This document shows, piece by piece, positions 9,929-17,953 of a stretch of DNA of 64,000 nt; within the stretch, counting starts at the first letter, position 1, and every line of letters starts with the position of its first letter. The position numbers were made by a program, and so were the translations under genes. This DNA is from Elusimicrobium minutum (GTDB lineage Bacteria > Elusimicrobiota > Elusimicrobia > Elusimicrobiales > UBA9959): NCBI GenBank assembly GCA_020723765.1, contig DYIF01000004.1, forward strand, positions 10,199-74,198. Reading direction: 5' to 3'. The notes beneath the pieces were generated by a model. The model was given only the letters and a program-made list of their open reading frames with translations. It was not told the origin of the DNA and made no database searches.

Positions 9929-10768
9929 ATGAATATACAGGTAGGAGTGGGTTCGTTTAAAGAATTGGAATTTTTTTTAAAAGAAGGCGCCCGAGAGTTT
10001 TATTGCGGACTTTCATACATACCGAGCCACGTCGAAGGAACTTCAAACTTTAAAAACATATACGAGATAATAAAAGCCGATCGCATTATAAAAAAAGAAA
10101 AGAAAAATTTTTTTTTTACCGCAAACGAAATAGACTCAAGCGCATTTAAAAAAACCATCGACGCCATATTAAAACTCCACGAAAACGGCATAGACGGATT
10201 TATAATCAAAGATTTATCCCTGCTTGAAGAAATTAAAAACAAAAAGATAAGGCCTTTCCTGATATTATCCACGCTATCGATGTGTTTAAATAGCAAAACT
10301 GCCTTGTTTTACAAGAAAAATTATCGCATTAAAAGAATAGCCCTTTGCGAACAAATAACCCCAGAAGAATCTAAAAAAATAATAGAAATCGCGGAAACGG
10401 AGGTTTTTTTAAAACACAGAGAATCCTGCAGAAACTTTAACGGATTGTGTTTTTTAAGCTGCCACGGGCCGAAAACCACTCCGTGCCTTAAAACATATAA
10501 CGAAACTTTTACAATGCCCGGGTTTTCGAGAGAAGAAAACCTCAAACACCTTTATAGGTATTATAAATACGGCACTAAAATTTTAAAAATAGGGAGATCC
10601 CCTCTGGGAGAATTATCCAGAGTAATATTTTTTGAGGCCAAAAACATCCTAAACATATTAAAAAACTCGAAAAACGAAGAAGAATTTTTAAAACATTCTT
10701 TAAAATTTACAAAAGAATACGATAAGGTTTACAAAAAACTTTCGGTAAAATACGGATTTATATGTTAG
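9929..10768 (+). CDS. peptidase U32-family protein (UbiU/RlhA/TrhP-like Fe-S enzyme candidate)
   Basis: 279 aa. EVFLKHRESCRNFNGLCFLSCHG fits the C-terminal half of the U32 signature as I recall it (C-x4-G-x-C-x-[LIVM]-S). Additional Cys in PKTTPC. Confidence 0.6.
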   Translation: MNIQVGVGSFKELEFFLKEGAREFYCGLSYIPSHVEGTSNFKNIYEIIKADRIIKKEKKNFFFTANEIDSSAFKKTIDAILKLHENGIDGFIIKDLSLLEEIKNKKIRPFLILSTLSMCLNSKTALFYKKNYRIKRIALCEQITPEESKKIIEIAETEVFLKHRESCRNFNGLCFLSCHGPKTTPCLKTYNETFTMPGFSREENLKHLYRYYKYGTKILKIGRSPLGELSRVIFFEAKNILNILKNSKNEEEFLKHSLKFTKEYDKVYKKLSVKYGFIC

Positions 10769-11451
10769 AAAAAGCGATACAATTAACTCCCTTCGACAGG
10801 ATATCGCCAACCGAATTGAAAAAATTCGATAGGGTTTATATAGGTTCCAATTTTTGCTCGAATCTCATACCCAAAATATCGGATATAATCAGATTAAAAG
10901 ATTTGGGAGTTAAAAATATAACCGTCTCGACTCCTTTTCTAACCGATAACGATTTTAATAAAACGATAAAACTAATAAAAGAATCTTTGAAAATAATATC
11001 TAAAATAGAAATATCCGCAAACGATATCGGGCTGATAGATAAGATAAAAGAGATAAAAGGCCTGGATATTTTGCTTGCAAGGCCGATATCTCACGACTGG
11101 CTCAGGATGAACCCTAAATCGCTTAAAAAATTTTTAAAAAGATTCAGGATTAAATATGTGGAAACGGACGAAGAATATATGGTTAAAAGATTTAAAGACG
11201 CAAAAATAAATTTTTCGTTTCATTATCCTTTAGAATATCTATCAATGTCGAGAATATGCCCGTTCGAAAGAAAAATAAACGACGCGTTATGCGAATACCG
11301 ATGTTTAAATAAAAATATTGTAGAATTAAAAGAAACGGGAAGGAAAGATGTTATTTATTTAAAAAATAACGCTTATTTTAAAAAAAACATTCCCGTTAAA
11401 ACAAAAAATATAAAAAGAACCGTGCTTTTTTATTATGGACAAAAAATTTGA
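10762..11451 (+). CDS. U32-like partner protein (UbiV-like candidate)
   Basis: 229 aa, 7-nt overlap with the preceding U32 gene. Four Cys arranged as one N-terminal Cys (GSNFCSN) plus a C-x10-C-x3-C cluster (RICPFERKINDALCEYRC). Confidence 0.45.
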   Translation: MLEKAIQLTPFDRISPTELKKFDRVYIGSNFCSNLIPKISDIIRLKDLGVKNITVSTPFLTDNDFNKTIKLIKESLKIISKIEISANDIGLIDKIKEIKGLDILLARPISHDWLRMNPKSLKKFLKRFRIKYVETDEEYMVKRFKDAKINFSFHYPLEYLSMSRICPFERKINDALCEYRCLNKNIVELKETGRKDVIYLKNNAYFKKNIPVKTKNIKRTVLFYYGQKI

Positions 11452-11707
11452 AATAAACAAGCTTAGAAAGAAAATCGATATAATAGATTCGAAAATATCG
11501 AGTCTTTTATTAAAAAGATTCGAAACCGCAAAAAAAATCGGCGAAATCAAAAAGAAGAAAAATATGCCGGTAAAAGATTTTAAAAGAGAAAAAGAAGTTT
11601 TGAATAAAATATCGTCAAAAACCGAAACTTACGGAAAAGAGTTAAAGGAAATTTATAAAAAGATAATAGAAAAAACGAGAGAAATTCAAAATGAAAATAT
11701 TATTTAA
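11435..11707 (+). CDS. chorismate mutase (AroQ class, monofunctional)
   Basis: 90 aa. LRKKIDIIDSKISSLLLKRFETAKKIGEIKKKKNMPVKDFKREKEVL matches the AroQ helix-bundle pattern (R-x-ID-x-D...L..R...IG..K......D..RE). Confidence 0.8.
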   Translation: MDKKFEINKLRKKIDIIDSKISSLLLKRFETAKKIGEIKKKKNMPVKDFKREKEVLNKISSKTETYGKELKEIYKKIIEKTREIQNENII

Positions 11708-12638
11708 AGGCGAAAAAGGAAAAACGGAAAAAGAATTAAGAGAAATTTTTAAAAAAGCCGAAATTGTTTCAGTTTCAAACGATTGTTTTGAAATAAAAAA
11801 AATAAAACCCGGGGTTATATACAATCTCATACCGAAAATAGAAAACATAAAAAACGTAAAAAAAGTAGTCGCCGAAAATCGGGAGTTATGCCCTTTGGCC
11901 TATAAAAAAAATTATTATTTTAAATCTCCGATAAACACCGCCGAAAAATTTGTAATAGCCGGACCCTGCGTCATAAGGGACTTCGCCGAATTTGAAAAAG
12001 AGGTTTTTGAACTTGAAAAAATAGGAGTCGACGCCGTAAGAGCGCCGCTTTTTAAACCAAGAAGCTCCCCTTATGGTTGGGAAGGTTACGGAACGCAAGG
12101 TATAAAAAAACTAAAAGAAATTAAAAAAACCGCAAAAAAACCTTTTGTCGGAGAATTGCTCGACTATAGATTAATAGAAAAAACCGACGAGGTTTTCGAT
12201 ATAATACAAATAGGCGCAAGAAACATGAAAAACTACGTTCTTTTAAAAGAAATAGGCATGGCGAAAAAACCGGTCTTATTAAAACGCCAGCCCAAATCTT
12301 CTTTTAAAGAGCTTTTATACTCCGTGGAATATCTTTTAAAATACGGCGCAAAAAAAATAATAATATGCGAAAGAGGCGATAATCTTTCGGACGGCATATC
12401 TTCGATAAACATTGGTATCATAAAAAAAATAAAAAACGAAATTAAAATACCCGTCGTATCGGATTTAAGCCATAGCGCAAAAGATAGGAAAAAAATAAAT
12501 TTATTTCTTAATAAGACAAAAGAGATCTCGGACGGATTTATGATAGAGACATCTTTAAATCCCGATCTTTCCCCTACCGACACAAAACAAATAATATCTT
12601 TAAAAGAACTTAAAAATCTGATAGAAAAAATAAAATGA
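11691..12638 (+). CDS. aroF: 3-deoxy-7-phosphoheptulonate (DAHP) synthase, type I-beta with N-terminal regulatory extension
   Basis: The core has IAGPC, APLFKPRSSPY, IQIGARNMKNY and LLKR blocks typical of the KDO8PS-like DAHP synthases. About 90 extra N-terminal residues. Confidence 0.8.
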   Translation: MKILFKGEKGKTEKELREIFKKAEIVSVSNDCFEIKKIKPGVIYNLIPKIENIKNVKKVVAENRELCPLAYKKNYYFKSPINTAEKFVIAGPCVIRDFAEFEKEVFELEKIGVDAVRAPLFKPRSSPYGWEGYGTQGIKKLKEIKKTAKKPFVGELLDYRLIEKTDEVFDIIQIGARNMKNYVLLKEIGMAKKPVLLKRQPKSSFKELLYSVEYLLKYGAKKIIICERGDNLSDGISSINIGIIKKIKNEIKIPVVSDLSHSAKDRKKINLFLNKTKEISDGFMIETSLNPDLSPTDTKQIISLKELKNLIEKIK

Positions 12639-13411
12639 TAAAATTGGCTTTGATAGGCGGAAAACTAAAGAAATCGCTATCCGCGGATTTATACCGAAAA
12701 CTTTCGAAAATATCAAAAACAAAAATAATTTTTAAAAAAATACAAACCAAGAACCTAAAAAAAGCGGTAGAGAAAATAAAAAAAGCGAAACTAAACGGTT
12801 TTTTTATAACTCTGCCTTATAAAAAAGAAATAACAAAACTAACCGTAGGGGACAAAAGCGTTTTAAAAAGCGGTTGCGCAAACTGCGTAAAAATATCTGG
12901 CAAATATTTGCTTTCCTCAAACACCGATTACAAAGCGCTTAAAAATATAATAAAAGACGATATAAGCCGTAAAAAAGCTTTAATAATAGGCAACGGCTCA
13001 TCCGCTCAAACCGCTTTTATATTTTTATTGGAAAAAGGAGTAAAAGACATAACGGTAGCGGCGAGAAATCCGAACAAAAACGATTGGTTTAAAAAATTTC
13101 AAAACATAAAACTAACCGATTTTAGAGCGTTAAAAGAGCCATATCAAATAATAATAAACGCAACGCCCATAGGAATGTATTATAAAAAAGATCTTAATAT
13201 AAATCTCAAAAACGCAGAACTGCTAATAGATTTCGCTTACGAAAAAAAAGAAACTGAGCTTATTAAAAAAGCTAAAAGAAGAAAGATCAAAACGATAGAC
13301 GGCATAGAGATACTCGTAAACCAAGCGGTTGAAGGAATTAAATTTATATCCGGTAAAAACTTTAAAAAATACGATAAAAAACTTATAAAATATTTAAAGA
13401 GGATTTTATGA
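12635..13411 (+). CDS. aroE: shikimate dehydrogenase
   Basis: 258 aa. GFFITLPYKKE (NVT-P-K block), NTDY and IIGNGSSAQ (NADP Rossmann) motifs. ATGA overlap with neighbours. Confidence 0.8.
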   Translation: MIKLALIGGKLKKSLSADLYRKLSKISKTKIIFKKIQTKNLKKAVEKIKKAKLNGFFITLPYKKEITKLTVGDKSVLKSGCANCVKISGKYLLSSNTDYKALKNIIKDDISRKKALIIGNGSSAQTAFIFLLEKGVKDITVAARNPNKNDWFKKFQNIKLTDFRALKEPYQIIINATPIGMYYKKDLNINLKNAELLIDFAYEKKETELIKKAKRRKIKTIDGIEILVNQAVEGIKFISGKNFKKYDKKLIKYLKRIL

Positions 13412-14427
13412 GATATATGACCGCGGGCAACTCGCACGGAAAATGCCTTTTAGGCATACTTTCGGGATTTCCATACGGATTTAAAATATCGAAAAACTAC
13501 ATAAAAAATCAACTTGAAGGAAGAAGAAAGGCTCTGGGAAGAGGAATAAGGCAAAAAAACGAAAACGACAATTTTGAGATAATAAGCGGGTTGGAGGGCG
13601 AAATTACGGACGGAAATCCCATAGGCGCGATTATTTACAACAAAAACCGAAAACTTAACAGTTTTACATATTTTACGCCGGGATACGGGGACCTAATCGG
13701 AGCGATAAAACATTCTCATACCCGGACGTATCTGATAAAAGAAAGAGCAAGCGCCAGAGAAACAGCAATGAGGGTTTTGCTTTTTTCTTTTACAAAAAAG
13801 TTTTTGGAGGAATTAGGGATAAAAATAGAGCATAGAGTAATAAAATGCCATAAAGAAACCGATAATTCGAAATTCCAATATTTAATAAAAAAATTTCAAA
13901 AAGAAGGGGACAGCTTCGGAGGGGTATTTGAGGTAAGATTAAAAAACCTTCCAATCGGCCTTGGAGGATATGAAAACCCAAAAGAGCGGTTGCAATCCAG
14001 AATATCCGAAGAGCTTTTTTCATTGGGCGGAATAAAATCGGTGGAATTCGGCAAAGGATTTGAAATAACAGAGTTTAGCGGCAAAGAACTAAATAAAAAT
14101 CAAAAAATGCTCGGCGGAATTCAATGCGGAATGACAGACGGAAACGATATCGCAATAAGATGCGCGACAAGACCGATATCCTCCATAAGATATCCTCAAG
14201 AAACAATAGATTTAAAAACGGGAAAAGAGAAAGAGATTTCGATAAACTCTTCCGATGTGACATCGGTATTCGCTTCGGCTTATATTTCCGAGTTTTTAAT
14301 CTCCTACGTAATAGCCGAAGAGGTGATTAAGAAATTCGGTTGCGATAATTTCAAAGAGATAGAAGAAAACGTAAAACAATGGCGAATAAAAACAAAAAAA
14401 ACGCTAAAAAATATCGAAGGATTATAA
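13408..14427 (+). CDS. aroC: chorismate synthase
   Basis: Starts MRYMTAGNSHG (consensus MRYLTAGESHG). Also RRKALGRGIRQ and ERASARETA blocks. Confidence 0.85.
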   Translation: MRYMTAGNSHGKCLLGILSGFPYGFKISKNYIKNQLEGRRKALGRGIRQKNENDNFEIISGLEGEITDGNPIGAIIYNKNRKLNSFTYFTPGYGDLIGAIKHSHTRTYLIKERASARETAMRVLLFSFTKKFLEELGIKIEHRVIKCHKETDNSKFQYLIKKFQKEGDSFGGVFEVRLKNLPIGLGGYENPKERLQSRISEELFSLGGIKSVEFGKGFEITEFSGKELNKNQKMLGGIQCGMTDGNDIAIRCATRPISSIRYPQETIDLKTGKEKEISINSSDVTSVFASAYISEFLISYVIAEEVIKKFGCDNFKEIEENVKQWRIKTKKTLKNIEGL

Positions 14428-14897
14428 TCTACGGATTTATGACCTCGGGCAAGACTACCGTAGGAAGAAGGGTGGCGAAAAAGTTAAGCCTTTCCTTTTA
14501 CGATACGGATATCGAATTTGAAAAAAAATACGGGCCGATAAAAAAATTCGTGGAAGAGAAAGGGATAAGAAGATTTCGAAAGCTTGAAAAAAAAATACTT
14601 TCTTCGGTTTTAAAGAAAAAAAATTGCGTAATATCAGCCGGGGGCGGAATCTTCCCCTCGGGGAGAGAAGGGAACTTAGAGTTTTTCATAATGGTTCCAT
14701 GGAAGCGGCTTTTTAAAAGATTAAAAAAAGGAGAATCTAAAAGGCCATTGCTTAAAGACCTGGATAAAAATAAAGACAGGGTTAAAAAATTATACGAAAA
14801 AAGGTTAAAAAAATATTTAAAAGCCGAAAATGTTTTAAAAGATAAAACGATAAAAGAACTCTCGGATAAAATAACAAAGATATGGAAATCTCGATAA
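14379..14897 (+). CDS. aroK: shikimate kinase
   Basis: P-loop GFMTSGKTTVG followed by FYDTD. Overlaps aroC by 49 nt if the only upstream ATG is used. Confidence 0.8.
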   Translation: MANKNKKNAKKYRRIIIYGFMTSGKTTVGRRVAKKLSLSFYDTDIEFEKKYGPIKKFVEEKGIRRFRKLEKKILSSVLKKKNCVISAGGGIFPSGREGNLEFFIMVPWKRLFKRLKKGESKRPLLKDLDKNKDRVKKLYEKRLKKYLKAENVLKDKTIKELSDKITKIWKSR

Positions 14898-15925
14898 ATA
14901 TTAAAAAAAGGATAAAATCTAAAATAATAATATCCGAAAAAATCGATTTTAAAAAAGAAATCGGCAAGTTTAAATACGACAGAGCGGTTATAGTAACCGA
15001 TAAAAAAATATTTAAAATTTTTAAAGACAGAATAAATATCGCCCCTTTGATAACGATAAACTCCGATAGAACGAAAGAATTCGACGAAATAAAAGGGATA
15101 ATAAGATTTTTTATAAAAAACAAAATGACAAGAAATTCGCTCGCAATAGCTGTGGGAGGCGGGAAAATATCGGACATGACCGGTTTCGCTTCTTCAATAT
15201 ATTTAAGAGGAATCAGATGGATATCTATACCCACGACGCTCTTGGCCCAGATAGACGCTTCCATAGGCGGAAAGACCGCGATAGATTTCGAAGCGAAAAA
15301 CATAATAGGAAGTTTTCATAACCCATTCGCCATTTTAATAGACCCTTCGTTGGTTATATCCAGAAAAGAAAACCTAAACGAAGCGATGGGAGAAATCATT
15401 AAATACGCGATAATAGCGGATAAAAATACCTCCCAAAATTTACAAAAATTAATGCCTTTAATAAAAAAAGATTTTAACGCTCTAAAAAAAGCGATAATTT
15501 TGTGTGTCAAATTCAAATCAAAAATGGTATCGAAAGACCCTTTCGACGAAAAAGGAATAAGAGAAAAACTAAACTTCGGACACACCGCCGCACACGCCAT
15601 AGAAACCATATATAAAATTCCGCACGGAAACGCCGTTTCTTTAGGCATAAAATTTGCCGTTAAACTTTCTCGCGAATTAAACTTAATAAACTTAGATAAC
15701 TACAGAAAACTATCCGAAATTATGAAATACGACGGGTTCAAAATAAAATTAAACAAAAAAGATTTTGAGTATTTTTTAAAACTTGTTTCCAAAGACAAAA
15801 AAAACAAGGGTTTTTCAAACTATTTTCTTTTGATAAATGATAAAATGGAGTTAAAAGGATTTAAAAACATAAAAGAAAAAACAATCGAAAAAACATGGGA
15901 AGAACTATGCGAAGAATACTCTTGA
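14882..15925 (+). CDS. aroB: 3-dehydroquinate synthase
   Basis: AVGGGKISDMTGFAAS-type glycine block (IAVGGGKISDMTGFASS), IPTTLLAQIDASIGGKTAID, NFGHTAAHAIE. Confidence 0.9.
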   Translation: MEISINIKKRIKSKIIISEKIDFKKEIGKFKYDRAVIVTDKKIFKIFKDRINIAPLITINSDRTKEFDEIKGIIRFFIKNKMTRNSLAIAVGGGKISDMTGFASSIYLRGIRWISIPTTLLAQIDASIGGKTAIDFEAKNIIGSFHNPFAILIDPSLVISRKENLNEAMGEIIKYAIIADKNTSQNLQKLMPLIKKDFNALKKAIILCVKFKSKMVSKDPFDEKGIREKLNFGHTAAHAIETIYKIPHGNAVSLGIKFAVKLSRELNLINLDNYRKLSEIMKYDGFKIKLNKKDFEYFLKLVSKDKKNKGFSNYFLLINDKMELKGFKNIKEKTIEKTWEELCEEYS

Positions 15926-16341
15926 TACACGGGCCTAATCTTCATCTTCTGGGCGTAAGAGAAAAAGAAATATACGGAGATATGACATTAAAAGAATTAA
16001 ACGGCATAATCAAAAAATACGCCTTTAAAAACAAAATAAAAGTGAAAATATACCAGTCGAACTGCGAAGGAGAAATAATAGACATAATCACAAAAAATAT
16101 GAAAGATACGGATTTTATAATAATAAATCCGGCCGCATATACTCATTACTCATACGCCATAAGAGACGCGATAAAAGCCGTAAACTTACCGACCGTAGAA
16201 GTACATCTGTCCGATATAACAAAAAGGGAAAGCTTTAGAAAAAAATCGGTAATAAAAGACGTTTGCGTAAAAAGATTTTACGGAGAAGGCGTTAAGTCTT
16301 ACATAAAAGCGTTAGATTATTGTTTAAAATGGAAAAAATAA
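15907..16341 (+). CDS. aroQ: type II 3-dehydroquinate dehydratase
   Basis: ORF 15895..16341 trimmed to MRRILLIHGPNLHLLGVREKEIYG. Also INPAAYTHYSYAIRDA and VEVHLSDI blocks. Confidence 0.9.
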   Translation: MRRILLIHGPNLHLLGVREKEIYGDMTLKELNGIIKKYAFKNKIKVKIYQSNCEGEIIDIITKNMKDTDFIIINPAAYTHYSYAIRDAIKAVNLPTVEVHLSDITKRESFRKKSVIKDVCVKRFYGEGVKSYIKALDYCLKWKK

Positions 16342-17555
16342 TTTATACCCCCCCTCCCGACAAATCGATAACTATAAGAGCTCTTATATTAAGCTCGATA
16401 TCCGAGAAAAAAATAAAAATAAAAAATTGGCTTATATCCGAAGACACATTAAATACCATTAAAACGTTAAAAAAATTAGGTTCTAAAATAAAAACTCAAA
16501 AAAACATCATATCAGTAAAGGGCTTTGGCAAATACGGGGCGAAAAAAGCGGCAATAAACGTAGGCGAATCGGCTTTATTATTGAGATTACTGCTTCCCAT
16601 GCTTATACATCAAAAATATTCGTATAAAATAACCGGCCAAAAAACCATTTTAAGAAGAAGTTTTAAAGATACCGTTACGGCTCTAAAAAAAATGGGAGCG
16701 GAGATAATACATAACAATTATAAACTTCCTTTTAAAGTAAAACCTTCCATATTAAAACCTTTAAACTTTGAATCGAAATCCGCTCAAACTAAATCCGCTC
16801 TTTTAATAGCCTCTTTATATTCCGGCAAAATAATAATAAACGACAAATACCGCACAAGAGACCATACCGAAAGACTTTTGAATTACTTCGGCCTAAAAAT
16901 TAAAAAGAACCAAAATATGCTATGGTTAGAAAATTTCAAAATAAAACCGAAAGATATCCAAATACCCAACGACATATCCCAGGCCTCGGCATTTATAACT
17001 CTGGCTATATTAAGCGGAAAAGAAATAATCGTAAAAAACTGCGGGATAAATCCGACAAGAATCGGATTTTTAAATTCGTTAAAAAAAATGGGAGTCAAAA
17101 TAAAATATAAAAACAAAAAAATCCTATCGGCGGAACCGGTTGCGGATATCGCGGTTAAACCGACAAAAGAAATAAAACCGATAACGATAAAAGATATAAC
17201 CTCTTTAATAGACGAGGTTATGCTTTTAAGCCTGGTAGCGGCAAAAGCCGACGGGATAACGAGAATTTCAAACGCAAAATCGCTTTCAAACAAAGAATCC
17301 GACAGATTAAAAGAGATTTATAATATACTAAAAAAATTAGGCGTAAAAGTTAATCTATACGGAGGCGAACTGACGATAAAAGGGCCTTCTGAATTTAAAA
17401 ATATAAATTTTATAGACACCAAAGGCGACCACAGGATAGCGATGATAGCCGGAATAATAAAAAAAATAATAAACCCGAAACTTAAAATTAAAAATCCTAA
17501 CTGCGTAAAAAAAACTTATCCCTATTTCTGGAAAGACCTTACCCGATATGTTTAA
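16320..17555 (+). CDS. aroA: 3-phosphoshikimate 1-carboxyvinyltransferase (EPSP synthase)
   Basis: 411 aa. PPDKSITIRAL, SAQTKSALLIASL, RDHTERLL, ESDRL and GDHRIAM blocks. The start could be the Met at 16329. Confidence 0.9.
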   Translation: MFKMEKIIYTPPPDKSITIRALILSSISEKKIKIKNWLISEDTLNTIKTLKKLGSKIKTQKNIISVKGFGKYGAKKAAINVGESALLLRLLLPMLIHQKYSYKITGQKTILRRSFKDTVTALKKMGAEIIHNNYKLPFKVKPSILKPLNFESKSAQTKSALLIASLYSGKIIINDKYRTRDHTERLLNYFGLKIKKNQNMLWLENFKIKPKDIQIPNDISQASAFITLAILSGKEIIVKNCGINPTRIGFLNSLKKMGVKIKYKNKKILSAEPVADIAVKPTKEIKPITIKDITSLIDEVMLLSLVAAKADGITRISNAKSLSNKESDRLKEIYNILKKLGVKVNLYGGELTIKGPSEFKNINFIDTKGDHRIAMIAGIIKKIINPKLKIKNPNCVKKTYPYFWKDLTRYV

Positions 17556-17689
17556 AGTTCAATGTTTAATGTTCAAAGATTAATGTTGAATGTTCAAAGT
17601 TCAATGTTTAAAGTTTCAAGTTTAAAGTTTAATGTTGAAAGTTCAAAGTTAAACGATTGGAACGAAATGTTTAAAGTTTTTCAATATTT
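17551..17689. repeat. short-word repeat array (AATGTT[CG]AA / TTTAAAG / TTCAAAG words), locus 2
   Basis: Begins at the aroA stop codon: tttaaagttcaatgtttaatgttcaaagattaatgttgaatgttcaaagttcaatgtttaaagtttcaagtttaaagtttaatgttgaaagttcaaagttaaacg... Confidence 0.75.
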
Positions 17690-17741
17690 CTACACATCTA
17701 CGCATCTATACATCTATACATCTAATTTTGTCCGATCATCC
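17690..17741 (+). repeat. CATCTA-word array plus conserved tail upstream of tRNA(CAU)
   Basis: Reads ctacacatctacgcatctatacatctatacatctaattttgtccgatcatcc. 43/52 positions match the minus-strand sequence of 37845-37896 upstream of tRNA-Cys (hand alignment). Confidence 0.75.
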
Positions 17742-17766
17742 AAGACGCTCGAATATGCGTGAGATT

Positions 17767-17794
17767 TTGATTTTTGTTTAAAAAATTTTATAAT
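17767..17794 (+). promoter_or_regulatory. putative sigma70-type promoter of tRNA(CAU)
   Basis: TTGATT (17767-17772), 16-nt spacer, TATAAT (17789-17794), 17 nt before the mature tRNA 5' end. Confidence 0.4.
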
Positions 17795-17810
17795 ATATTT
17801 ATACCATCTT

Positions 17811-17884
17811 GGGCCCGTAGCTCAGTCGGTCAGAGCAATCCGCTCATAACGGATGGGTCGTAGGTTCAAGTCCTACCGGGCCCA
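17811..17884 (+). tRNA. tRNA with CAU anticodon (elongator Met or lysidine-modified Ile2)
   Basis: Hand-folded cloverleaf. Acceptor GGGCCCG/CGGGCCC, D-arm GCTC-AGTCGGTCA-GAGC, anticodon arm ATCCG-CTCATAA-CGGAT, T-arm GTAGG-TTCAAGT-CCTAC, discriminator A. No encoded CCA. G1:C72 is paired, so it is not an initiator. C4:G69 and C5:G68 would be compatible with Ile2. Confidence 0.9.
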
Positions 17885-17953
17885 GTTAGCGGGGAAAATC
17901 GTTATTCAACTTAACGCTGGGCGTTTTCAAATTGTTTTTATATAATAGTAATT

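Noticed and set aside
14782-15303. Long antisense ORFs inside well-supported genes (for example 14782..15303, 6474..7007, 16883..17293, 34267..34749, 5439..5747, 44955..45347, 54759..55175)
   Set aside because: They have low-complexity or hydrophobic translations without motifs, and each lies opposite or out of frame to a gene with strong family signatures. They are expected by-products of stop-poor reverse frames.
17562-17762. 66-aa ORF (MFNVQRLMLNVQSSMFKVSSLKFNVESSKLN...) in the aroA-tRNA spacer
   Set aside because: Its peptide periodicity mirrors the underlying DNA word repeats. There is no RBS, and equivalent arrays at other loci are in other frames and orientations. I treat it as non-coding repeat sequence.
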